This document shows, piece by piece, positions 18,574 through 26,658 of a stretch of 64,000 nucleotides of DNA. Location of the stretch: assembly GCA_963824395.1 (NCBI GenBank), contig CAWGPF010000004.1, forward strand, positions 220,872 to 284,871, in the 5' to 3' direction. A program made the position numbers and the translations under genes. The stretch's first letter is position 1. Every line of letters starts with the position of its first letter. The notes under the pieces were generated by a model. The model made no database searches. It saw nothing but the letters and a program-made list of their open reading frames with translations, and had not been told where the DNA came from. This stretch comes from an uncultured Pseudomonadota bacterium (GTDB lineage: Bacteria > Pseudomonadota > Gammaproteobacteria > Steroidobacterales > Steroidobacteraceae).

Positions 18574-18921
18574 GACGGGGATGCTCCGGGGTCGATTGGG
18601 CTGAAAGTCTTGCTAGATCTCAGGTGCACGTCGATACGGGAAAGCACTCATGCAGGGGGGCGCCGATAAGTCTGCCGGTCAGATCGATGGGATGGCGACT
18701 CCTTCACGAGCGCGTTTGATACGTAGTACCCACGATGGCAAACGGCCTTTTGTCGGCTAACAAGAACGCGGACGAACGCCCGATTGCCAGGCAGTAAAAG
18801 AAACGACGCTCAACCCGACGTCCGTGCACGCTGACGCATGACCAGGCTGGCCTCTTACGGATAACCAGTAACCCTGCGCTCAAACTCGGGCCACCTCCAT
18901 CAGGCAAAGCGGTCGACACTC

Positions 18922-19725
18922 ATGACTCCAGAAGGCACACGAGATTCCCCAGGACTCTCAAAGAGTGCCAAGGCGATCCCGGAAGGGGCGCCTGGCGAGG
19001 ACTTAGGGTCCGACGAAGACAACACTCACAGGGACCTGATTTTGACGGGCCCCGCAAAGACTGCGCCGCGTGAGCCTAATCCGCCGCGTGAGAGCGAAAC
19101 ACCCCCGCCCAAGTACGCGTTCGGCGGCGAGGGTAGGCCGAACGGTCCGGCCGCGACATCCGACGCGAATACCGCTCGCAGCCCAAGCGCGGGGTCTTCC
19201 TCACCGGGGGACGCGTCAACGCCTCCTGAAGGGCAGAGGAGCCAGTCGGGGCCGGACAAACAGCCGAAGGCCGCGGCTAGGCCGGTTTCTGCGGAAAAGG
19301 CCAAGATGCAGAGCCGGTTACCGGCCTTGGATGACGATGCTGAGGTTGGACGGCAGAAGGAACAGATCGTCACTCGAGATGGCAAAGCGGACCTGGGATT
19401 TACGGGAACACTGTTGGCATCGGCATCGACGTCTGCTCCGAAGGGGTGGTGGCAGGAGTATCGGGTCTATTCGACCGCGAGCGGAAAACACGTGTTCTCC
19501 AAGATCACCCGCAGCATATTCGCGGACGAAGGTGACAAGCACGAGGCTGACGTTTTTGACCCTGCTCCCACTTCGGTGCCATCTCAATTGCTGCGAAGCG
19601 CACGCGAGATGACGCGGTCGCGTCCCATGACCTGGATGGACGCGGCGGTTGCATTCTTCGGCTTCGACCCGCTCGCCAAGATCCTGTATCGAAAGCTCAG
19701 CGTTGACTTTGAAGAGCGCATTTGA
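18922..19725 (+). CDS. hypothetical protein: ~150-aa Pro/Ser/Gly-rich disordered N-terminus + ~115-aa globular C-terminus
   Basis: ATG-initiated 267-aa ORF between two convergent/divergent genes. The C-terminal part (GWWQEYRVYSTASGKHVFSKITRSIF...) looks like a real fold. There is no signal peptide. Confidence 0.5.
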   Translation: MTPEGTRDSPGLSKSAKAIPEGAPGEDLGSDEDNTHRDLILTGPAKTAPREPNPPRESETPPPKYAFGGEGRPNGPAATSDANTARSPSAGSSSPGDASTPPEGQRSQSGPDKQPKAAARPVSAEKAKMQSRLPALDDDAEVGRQKEQIVTRDGKADLGFTGTLLASASTSAPKGWWQEYRVYSTASGKHVFSKITRSIFADEGDKHEADVFDPAPTSVPSQLLRSAREMTRSRPMTWMDAAVAFFGFDPLAKILYRKLSVDFEERI

Positions 19726-19989
19726 AGGGCGCATGTGCGCCCGGGAGAACGCTGGACAGTAACGGAGAACCAATCCGTCGGTCATTGTTCGAGACGACCA
19801 ACGCAGGTTCGCCCTGCAGGCGGCGCGTGCAGATTCAGGGCCAAAGGTGCCTCCGGCGCAGGTGTCTGGGCGTATCAGGCGGCGCCGGCAATTCGCGCAC
19901 CGTGTCGTCGCGACCTTGGCGCTCGCGCCGCGACCGTTTCTCCAAAGTTCGGCGTAATACCCGGGCGGCGACTCACCGAATGAGCCTGC

Positions 19990-20445
19990 TCACACTCGAG
20001 TCAACACAACTATTGGAATCTGTCGGTCCGTCTTGGCCTGGTAGTGCTCGTAGGGGCCGTAGATTTCGACCATCATTGGCCACAGAGCAGCCCGCTCCTG
20101 GGCATCGGCCGTATGTGCGCGAGCAGTGAACTTGTCAGCCTTTACCTGAACCTTAGCCAGAGGATTGGCCGCGAGGTTTAGGTACCAGGCCGGATGCGCG
20201 GGTGCGCCGCCTTTGGACGCCACGACGACGTAGTCGGACTTTGAACGACCAAAGATCAAAGGCAGTGTCAGGGTCTTCCCCGACTTACGGCCGGTCGTGG
20301 TCAGCAGCAGAGTGGGCACCATTCCTTTTCCACCGCCGAGACTCGCATCCCACAAATAGCCATCCTCGCCATTTGTCGCGACATAGCGGGCAATGTGGTC
20401 CTTGATCCAGGACGGTAACTCATTGGGCTTGTTTGGCTCGGTCAT
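19990..20445 (-). CDS. Ddn-like deazaflavin-dependent nitroreductase family protein (split beta-barrel)
   Basis: LLLTTTGRKSGKTLTLPLIF...GGAPAHPAWYLNLAANP...V..........A matches the F420H2-quinone reductase/DUF385 pattern. Confidence 0.75.
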   Translation of the reverse strand: MTEPNKPNELPSWIKDHIARYVATNGEDGYLWDASLGGGKGMVPTLLLTTTGRKSGKTLTLPLIFGRSKSDYVVVASKGGAPAHPAWYLNLAANPLAKVQVKADKFTARAHTADAQERAALWPMMVEIYGPYEHYQAKTDRQIPIVVLTRV

Positions 20446-20848
20446 GGGATTCTCCGATTCGGACGTAACGTGAGTGTAGGTATCCTCGCCCGCGCGGTCT
20501 CACTCGCACTCGCCCAGACCGCGCAAGCCTGCAGATCTCTCGCAAGAGGATCAAGACCTCCGAGCCTAAGGCGCGAGCTGAGCGGCGTTAGGCGCGTCCG
20601 GTCATCGATCGATGACCGCCACGGTTCTGCGCGTCATCTGGAAGGAGGATGATCTGAGCGCGCGGCGCGGTCTGACGCGGCCGCGGGCAGAGCAGCAGTG
20701 TGGCTGCTCATTGACATCCTCCGGATCGCGCCGGAGAGTGCGGGTGCACCCTTTTTTAAAGCAGCGCCGCGTTCTCGCGACATTCGGGTCTGGCTCATCG
20801 CGACTCGTCCTTGTGCGTTGGCCGCTCAACCAGTAAAGGAGATATTCC

Positions 20849-21679
20849 ATGCCAAAAATAACGACGCGTGACGGAACCTCGATCTTCTATCGTGACTGGG
20901 GCAAAGGAACGCCCATCGTTTTCTCCCACGGCTGGCCACTGACCGGTGCAGCGTGGGAAGCACAGATGCTGTTTTTCAACGCCAAGGGTTATCGGACGAT
21001 CGCTCATGACCGGCGGGGCAACGGCTACTCCGATCAACCTGACGCAGGAAATGATGTCGATACCTGGGCCGATGATCTGGATGCCCTTATCAACAGTCTT
21101 GATCTGCGCGGTGCAGTGTTGGTCGGGCATTCGACAGGAGGCGGGGAGCTGGCCCGCTACATCTCACGCCACGGAACTTCGCGGGTCGCCAAAATGGTGC
21201 TCCTCGACTCGATCGTGCCGGTGATGATGCAGCGTGAGGGCATAGAAGGCGGCGCTCCAAAATCGGTCATCGACGGCATCCGTGCGGGACTTGCCCATGA
21301 TCGTTCCTCGTTCTACGAGGATCTGTCGGGACCGTTCTTCGGCGCCAATCGCCCCGGCTCGAAAGCAACCCAAGGCATGCGCGACCTGTTCTGGTTCCAG
21401 GGGATGCTAGGCGGGGCCAAGAGTCAGTACGAAACGACCTACAGCTGGGAGCTCGACTACACCGCCGATATCGCCAAGTGCAATGTTCCGCTACTCGTCA
21501 TCCACTGCGAAGACGATCAGATCGTGCCGATAGGTCCCACTGGGCGGCGCGTGCGATCTGTCGTTCCCCATGCGATTCTGAAAGTCTACGAGGGCGGCGC
21601 TCACGGTATTGCGATCATCGACCCCGAGCGGGTCAATGGCGACTTACTTGCCTTCATCAAAGGTGAGTTGAAGGGCTGA
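20849..21679 (+). CDS. alpha/beta hydrolase, non-heme haloperoxidase/arylesterase-like
   Basis: MPKITTRDGTSIFYRDWGKGTPIVFSHGWPL, nucleophile elbow GHSTGG, and C-terminal HG(I/L). Confidence 0.9.
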   Translation: MPKITTRDGTSIFYRDWGKGTPIVFSHGWPLTGAAWEAQMLFFNAKGYRTIAHDRRGNGYSDQPDAGNDVDTWADDLDALINSLDLRGAVLVGHSTGGGELARYISRHGTSRVAKMVLLDSIVPVMMQREGIEGGAPKSVIDGIRAGLAHDRSSFYEDLSGPFFGANRPGSKATQGMRDLFWFQGMLGGAKSQYETTYSWELDYTADIAKCNVPLLVIHCEDDQIVPIGPTGRRVRSVVPHAILKVYEGGAHGIAIIDPERVNGDLLAFIKGELKG

Positions 21680-21703
21680 CCGGGCTTGCGAGCGTATCGG
21701 GGC

Positions 21704-21744
21704 AGCGGCGCGCCTGGCGTTGACCATCGCCGGGGCGCCGCTGT
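21704..21744 (+). terminator. possible hairpin downstream of 20849..21679
   Basis: cagcggcgc ... gcgccgctg forms a 9-bp stem followed by tctttg, but the loop is long (~23 nt). Confidence 0.3.
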
Positions 21745-22055
21745 CTTTGATGAGGGTTCCGGTCTGCCCCTCAGAGTCATCCTGGATGGGCGGCGAGTTC
21801 TGGTTGGCGTTGATCCGCGTGTCCCGATACCACGACCCGGAAGGGACATCGAATTGCGGTCTCGGCAGCGTATTCAATCGTGATCCGGGAGCTGACCTGT
21901 GTGGTCCACGAACGCGAACGGTCACAGACCGACGAACATGGCCACGATCGCGTTCCACAATTAAATCGGAATCGAACCGATTGTTGCGATCACTTTCAGC
22001 GAAGTGGGGGGTATTTGTGCAGGTTTTGTGCGGTTCTTAGCCGGCTTATCCGCAT

Positions 22056-22457
22056 TCACCGCGCAGTCGGCTTCACAAACTTGCAGCTATGTCCTTTCGC
22101 TCGGCTCAGACGGAGATCCAACGTAGCGAGCGGCAACCCAAGGGCCTCGGCCAACGCCACATACCACGCTTCGTAGCTCGTGCACGTGTAACGCAGTGTC
22201 CAGATTCGTTCCGCGAACGGGTCAAAGGGAAATAGTTGCAGGTCGAGCTGCATCAGATCCTCGTACGCTCCATTTGCGTCAGCCGTGGTGATCTGTTTGG
22301 CGCGCTCGAGGCGTCGGAGAATGTTGGTCGCCTCGACGCGCACCAACTCGGGTGCGAACAGCGACTCAGTCGCAATAAGCGTCTCCGCCCAAAAGCCCTG
22401 CGGCCCGCCATCGACGACCGCGGCGACCAGTACCGACGAGTCGACAACGACGCTCAA
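22056..22457 (-). CDS. vapC: type II toxin VapC (PIN domain)
   Basis: MSVVVDSSVLVAAV (Asp6), PELVRVE, SYEAWYVALAE and ATLD acidic positions. The TTG start overlaps the antitoxin TGA (TTGA). Confidence 0.85.
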   Translation of the reverse strand: MSVVVDSSVLVAAVVDGGPQGFWAETLIATESLFAPELVRVEATNILRRLERAKQITTADANGAYEDLMQLDLQLFPFDPFAERIWTLRYTCTSYEAWYVALAEALGLPLATLDLRLSRAKGHSCKFVKPTAR

Positions 22458-22690
22458 GACCGGTCCGCGTCACGGTCCTTGAGAATCCGTCCAGGCGGGA
22501 CACGAACCTGCGTCGCTCGCTTACGTTTACGGACTTGCCGCAGCCAAGCTTCAACCGATGGCCTGTTCGCCAGTCGCACCAGCTCGGCCCGCAGGAACTC
22601 CTGCATTGATTGACCCTGAAGGGCCGCACGGGCAGCAAGTTCATCCCGGACCTCTTCCGGTACGTCTCGAACACTAATTTGGATAGCCAT
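22454..22690 (-). CDS. vapB: type II antitoxin, ribbon-helix-helix (FitA/VapB-like)
   Basis: MAIQISVRDVPEEVRDELAARAALQGQSMQEFLRAEL is a typical RHH antitoxin N-terminus. ATG at 22690. Confidence 0.8.
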   Translation of the reverse strand: MAIQISVRDVPEEVRDELAARAALQGQSMQEFLRAELVRLANRPSVEAWLRQVRKRKRATQVRVPPGRILKDRDADRS

Positions 22691-22745
22691 GCATTCATTA
22701 TGCAAGCGGTGCAGTCGTCATGCAATCGACAAATAATATATTTGT
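22690..22745 (-). promoter_or_regulatory. vapBC-1 promoter/operator region (leaderless-type)
   Basis: Read on the minus strand: TTGCAT(-35)-17 nt-CATAAT(-10)-6 nt-ATG, with no Shine-Dalgarno. Dyad TGCAT-n5-ATGCA (22690..22704) spans the -10 and the start codon. A perfect dyad ACAAATA-ata-TATTTGT (22729..22745) lies just upstream of the -35. Confidence 0.45.
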
Positions 22746-23232
22746 TCAAGGACACGGGGCTTTGTCCAGGTGTGACGCCGCCGATCGTAGGTGTACGCCT
22801 TATGAAGCACAGGGGGTATCAGGCAGGCCAGGCAGGAACTCCCGGAGCTGATTGACCGAGCGGAAGGTGGTGAAGAGACCGTCATCAGTCGGGGGCGGAA
22901 GTATTCGCATACTCGATAGATCCTAAGGGCCCGAACGAATCGCAAACACTTTAATGATGGTCACTTGATCGTGGCGCCATTCGTAAACGGCGGATTCCGT
23001 CCTGGTCTACGACCCAAGACGGCTGGAGAGACACGAATACCGTCTGCCTTGCAATCCGCGAGAGCGAGCAGGCCGCCGCGGGCTGAAGAGCCGTCGTCGG
23101 CAAATCGCAGACCGGTGAGCGGAGGGGTGTCTTGCAGGTGTCATAGCGTCCGACGATTTCGGTAGGACCCCATAAAACAAATTATTAATCAGTTGGATAT
23201 GATCTACTCTTGAGTTAATACCGAGTCGGAAC

Positions 23233-23272
23233 ATCTATTCACAATCTATTCAAAGATCGGTAGAATGCCCAC
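23233..23272 (+). promoter_or_regulatory. promoter with tandem direct repeat operator for the wHTH/NTase pair (leaderless-type)
   Basis: TTCACA (23238-23243)-17 nt-TAGAAT (23261-23266)-6 nt-ATG 23273, with no SD. The direct repeat ATCTATTCA occurs twice (23233-23241 and 23244-23252, 11-bp phasing) and overlaps the -35 and spacer. Confidence 0.45.
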
Positions 23273-23779
23273 ATGCGAAACGTGGACCCAGAGCGGGTGC
23301 TGCAAGTGCTTCTCATGGCGCCCAAGGGGCTGCGCGCTCCGGAAATCATGCGAGATTTGGCACTGACGGTTAGTCAACCGACGCTCTGGCGCGTTCTCGA
23401 CAAGCTTCGCTCGGAGGGTCGCGTCGTTGTGGACGGCTCCGCTAGAGCAACCCGATATCACGCGGCTGAACGAAGCAACCTGCCCGCCCTTCGCAGTTTG
23501 CGGATGCATGAGGTTGTGGCTAAGCGCCTGATCAATGATCCGGACTTGCTCGATGTCGCTCGTAATCGACTGCGGCGCTTGCGCGAAGTCAATCCGCACG
23601 GAAACGTCTATCACGAACGATGGCAGGACTTGATCGACGGTTCGGTGGACCGCCTGCTGCGCACCATGGTCGAGCCTTCCGAAGAGGCGAGCACTCTAAG
23701 GCGGGAGTCGCCATTTACTACTCTCGTTCCAGGCAAGGAGCGTCGGCGTGTGTTTAAGTCACTACGTTCGGCCGCCTAG
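23273..23779 (+). CDS. winged-helix DNA-binding protein (putative antitoxin/regulator of the downstream NTase)
   Basis: N-terminal wHTH pattern LRAPEIMRDLALTVSQPTLWRVLDKLRSEGRVVVDGSARATRYH, plus a ~100-aa C-terminal helical domain. Confidence 0.65.
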   Translation: MRNVDPERVLQVLLMAPKGLRAPEIMRDLALTVSQPTLWRVLDKLRSEGRVVVDGSARATRYHAAERSNLPALRSLRMHEVVAKRLINDPDLLDVARNRLRRLREVNPHGNVYHERWQDLIDGSVDRLLRTMVEPSEEASTLRRESPFTTLVPGKERRRVFKSLRSAA

Positions 23780-23803
23780 CGGCACACCGCCAGCTGCGCG
23801 GCC

Positions 23804-24331
23804 ATGTATCGACACCAGTTAGAGCACGTAATCCTCGAGATAGGACGGCGGTTCGATCTCAAGGATGTTTACATCATCGGCTCTGCTGCGATCTTGGCAG
23901 CAGTCCCCGATCCGCCGGACGGAGCGCTCACGGCGACTCGGGACGTGGACGTAATTGCTCCGCGTGATGAGGAACGTCTGGCAGACCAGATTTCATTCGT
24001 GCTCGGAGAAGCAAGTGACTTCGAGGCCGCGCACGGTTACTACGCGCAAGGAGTAACTTCCGAGACGCCCGAATTCGCGCCCACTGACTGGAAGTCGCGA
24101 ACGATCGATATACCCGTCGCTGGAATTGTCGGTCGCTGCATGGATCCCAATGACCTAGTCCTTAGCAAGCTGGGTGCTGGTCGCGCTAAAGATCTTGCGT
24201 TCGCACGGGCCGCAGCCAACCTCTTGCCGATTCGACGCAAAACGCTGCTAGAACGGCTTGAACACGTCGAGTGTTCCGATCAAATGCGAAAGCTGATAAC
24301 GGACCGCATAACAGCGACCATTGCAGCCTAA
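23804..24331 (+). CDS. nucleotidyltransferase-fold protein (Pol-beta superfamily; DUF6036/AbiEii-like, tentative)
   Basis: YIIGSAAIL ... TRDVDVI gives hG[GS] followed by DxD. The gene is small (175 aa) and lies 24 bp after the wHTH gene. Confidence 0.6.
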   Translation: MYRHQLEHVILEIGRRFDLKDVYIIGSAAILAAVPDPPDGALTATRDVDVIAPRDEERLADQISFVLGEASDFEAAHGYYAQGVTSETPEFAPTDWKSRTIDIPVAGIVGRCMDPNDLVLSKLGAGRAKDLAFARAAANLLPIRRKTLLERLEHVECSDQMRKLITDRITATIAA

Positions 24332-24347
24332 GGGCTGACGATCCGAT

Positions 24348-24461
24348 CAACGGTCTTGGAATCCGTTGGTTCGACGCGTCGCACCCGAGAGTCTCTGGCC
24401 CTGAGCACGACCGGACGCGAATCAGTGCAAATTGGGTGCAATGGAATGCCGCACCAGCGAT
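24348..24461. repeat. dispersed non-coding repeat, copy A (hairpin CAACGG-n9-CCGTTG at the 5-prime end)
   Basis: Hand alignment to 40454..40566 is gapless for the first ~95 nt, with roughly 70-75 percent identity over ~113 nt. Both copies contain GTGCAR-n5-GTGCAA. Confidence 0.55.
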
Positions 24462-24506
24462 GCAAGCCGTCGCTCAACCGCGTAGACGCTCGCAACCTAT
24501 TGCTGG

Positions 24507-24911
24507 TCAGGGCCGATGACGGCTAGCGGCCGTCTTTTGGGAATCTGCTCGGAGCGCACCGAGAAACACTGTGAACGCGACTACCAGGCCAGCGATCATC
24601 CACCGGTGATCGAACCAGAGGGTGTCGATGCGAGCCCGCTCAGGATCCATGCGAGAGTAGGCGATCGCAACGGTATCGCCAGCGGCTAGTCGAACTATCG
24701 CCTGCTGCGTCGCGTTCACGGCTCGATGTGGTTTTCCGTCGAAATCCCGGAACTCGAACACCGGATATACCTGTCTGGAGTTCCGGCGCACGAAGTCAAC
24801 GACGGTTCCCTGGGTTCGTACCGGTCCCGGGGTGGAGCGTGCGTAGCCGTAGTCAAGCAGAAGGCCAGAAACCAGACAAGCTACGGCTACAAGATAGGCG
24901 ACTGCTTTCAT
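24507..24911 (-). CDS. DUF3592-like membrane protein
   Basis: An N-terminal TM, a beta-rich core (GTVVDFVRRNSRQVYPVFEFRDFDG) and a C-terminal TM; this architecture is typical of DUF3592. Confidence 0.7.
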   Translation of the reverse strand: MKAVAYLVAVACLVSGLLLDYGYARSTPGPVRTQGTVVDFVRRNSRQVYPVFEFRDFDGKPHRAVNATQQAIVRLAAGDTVAIAYSRMDPERARIDTLWFDHRWMIAGLVVAFTVFLGALRADSQKTAASRHRP

Positions 24912-25136
24912 TGCGCTACCCCAACGCTAGTGTCAGCTTAGGCCTCCGTGCGAGCGAGCCCTCACCGGTGAGCATTTATAGCTTATCCCGTGTTCGGGCC
25001 TCGGTTTTTCCACAAGGTGGTGCGCGATCGAGCGCGTTAAGTAGGTTCAAATCAGGGGCGCCCCCCGGCTAACTTTCGGAGGTAGTCCAGTTGAGGAGGG
25101 TGGCGTAGAAAAAAAGCCGCAAATATCGGCGTTTGC

Positions 25137-25541
25137 GTGTCGGTCATCCTCGGCGCCAGCGGCCGCGAACCTGCAGGGAGAGATCCAGCTGGTCACATTG
25201 GGGGTACGGAGACCTGGTCGCTGAATCTGGGGCTCTGGATTGACGACGGGCCCTTACCGTCCGGACGGTTCAAAGAGGTGATCGCGGAGTTCGCCGGCAG
25301 CTGTGAGGTGGTCGTGAGTCTCGATGGCAGCGGGAAACTCTTTTTTCAGAGTTCAGGATCCAGTTGCGTCGGTAACGGCACATTGGCTCCGCACTCTGCC
25401 GGTTCTCCCAGTGACGCTTTTGATGGAGAGCTGCGGCGGAGCTTACGCCTAGCTGCGGTCGGCCCAAACGGGCAGTGGACTCGCAACGCGTGGGTACGCC
25501 CAGATGAAAAGCCGAGCCTCAGTGCTCTACTGAGGTGGTAG
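25137..25541 (+). CDS. hypothetical protein (weak call)
   Basis: GTG-initiated 134-aa ORF with moderately coding-like third positions. No recognisable motif. Confidence 0.3.
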   Translation: MSVILGASGREPAGRDPAGHIGGTETWSLNLGLWIDDGPLPSGRFKEVIAEFAGSCEVVVSLDGSGKLFFQSSGSSCVGNGTLAPHSAGSPSDAFDGELRRSLRLAAVGPNGQWTRNAWVRPDEKPSLSALLRW

Positions 25542-25698
25542 CGGGGGTCCACACGAGTTTGGCGCACGCTATAGCTGCGTCTTCCATTGGCTTGCGTGGG
25601 CGTAGTGCCCGCAGACACTATTGCGGGCTTTTGCGTCTGTGGGAAGATCTCCAAATACCGTCGTACCACCCGGGTCGACAGAGCGATACAAGGTATCT

Positions 25699-26637
25699 AT
25701 GCGTCTCGTCGCCCTACTCGCTTTACTCGCGCTCGTCGAGTTCGCCCCCCAGAACGTGTCAGCAGCCGAGCCTGCGGTCGGGTCCGAGCCGAAAGCCGCG
25801 CCGCGGGGATGGTTTCATATCATTCAAATCGACCCCGCAACCTATGCTATCTCGGAGCCTAAGTACTGGCAGGAGAACGTAAGCTACCTGATTCTCGGAT
25901 CGCATCAAGGCGTGCTGTTCGATACAGGTCCGGGCCTCTACAGCATCCGTCTTGAGGTCAAGAAGCTGACGAGCTTGCCGCTTCTGGTGATTCCGTCTCA
26001 TCTGCACTTTGACCATGTCGGAAGAATCCAAGAATTCTCCACCGTCGGTCTCATGGATCTGCCGGAGCTACGCCACCAGACACAGGGCGATGTCCTCAAC
26101 GAGACCACTGACCAATACCTGCTTACCAGTCGGCACGCCTTCAAGGTCTCGCGCTGGCTGCGCGACGGCGAGGTGCTGGATCTCGGTGGGCGGCAACTTA
26201 CCGTCATCAATACCCCGGGGCACACGCCTGAATCAATCGCACTGCTCGAGCCGGCGCGACACCAGATGTTTACCGGAGACCTCGTGAACCGGATTGTCAC
26301 GCTTTGTGATGTACCGGGATCGGATATACGGCAGACCGCCCAATCGCTGCATCGCCTGATGAAGGTCATGCCGGTCGGAAGCGTGGCGCATGAAGCGCAC
26401 GCGGAGAAGCCGATCAGCTGGGCGGAGCTGTCAGAGCTTGGACGCGGTGCTCGGGCGATTGCGGATGGCAATCTTGGCAGCAAGGCAATGTGCCTGGGCG
26501 GGCAGCCGATGCGACGCTTCGACGTCGGCGCCTTTGCGTTTGTATTGCCCGCCAGTCCTTCCGAGCCGCTCAGACCTCTGGCATCCGCTACTCAAACGCT
26601 GGACTGGCTGGGCGCGACTTGCCCTGCCACGAAGTAA
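25699..26637 (+). CDS. MBL-fold metallo-hydrolase, secreted
   Basis: Signal peptide MRLVALLALLALVEFAPQNVSA, metal motif SHLHFDHVG, and later TPGHTPES. ATG 25699 follows aagg. Confidence 0.85.
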   Translation: MRLVALLALLALVEFAPQNVSAAEPAVGSEPKAAPRGWFHIIQIDPATYAISEPKYWQENVSYLILGSHQGVLFDTGPGLYSIRLEVKKLTSLPLLVIPSHLHFDHVGRIQEFSTVGLMDLPELRHQTQGDVLNETTDQYLLTSRHAFKVSRWLRDGEVLDLGGRQLTVINTPGHTPESIALLEPARHQMFTGDLVNRIVTLCDVPGSDIRQTAQSLHRLMKVMPVGSVAHEAHAEKPISWAELSELGRGARAIADGNLGSKAMCLGGQPMRRFDVGAFAFVLPASPSEPLRPLASATQTLDWLGATCPATK

Positions 26638-26658
26638 ATACCTGAACAAGGAGTGCAA

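Noticed and set aside
24355-24385. tRNA-fragment or att-site look (GGAATCC...GGTTCGAC resembles a T-loop), and an integron attC-like look (CAAC...GTTG) in the dispersed repeat.
   Set aside because: The flanks cannot form a T-stem or acceptor pairing. The hairpin is local (9-nt loop) rather than the R''/L''-L'/R' bipartite attC structure. The core sites fit RYYYAAC/GTTRRRY only partly. No intI or integrase is present, and the copies are separated by ordinary operons rather than cassettes.
24495-24520. Shared gctagcggccg at the distal ends of repeat copies A and B, suggesting a ~185-bp element.
   Set aside because: In copy A this 11-mer lies inside the 3-prime coding end of the DUF3592 gene, and the sequence between it and the aligned core does not align. 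It is probably a coincidence, so I limited the repeat to ~113 bp.
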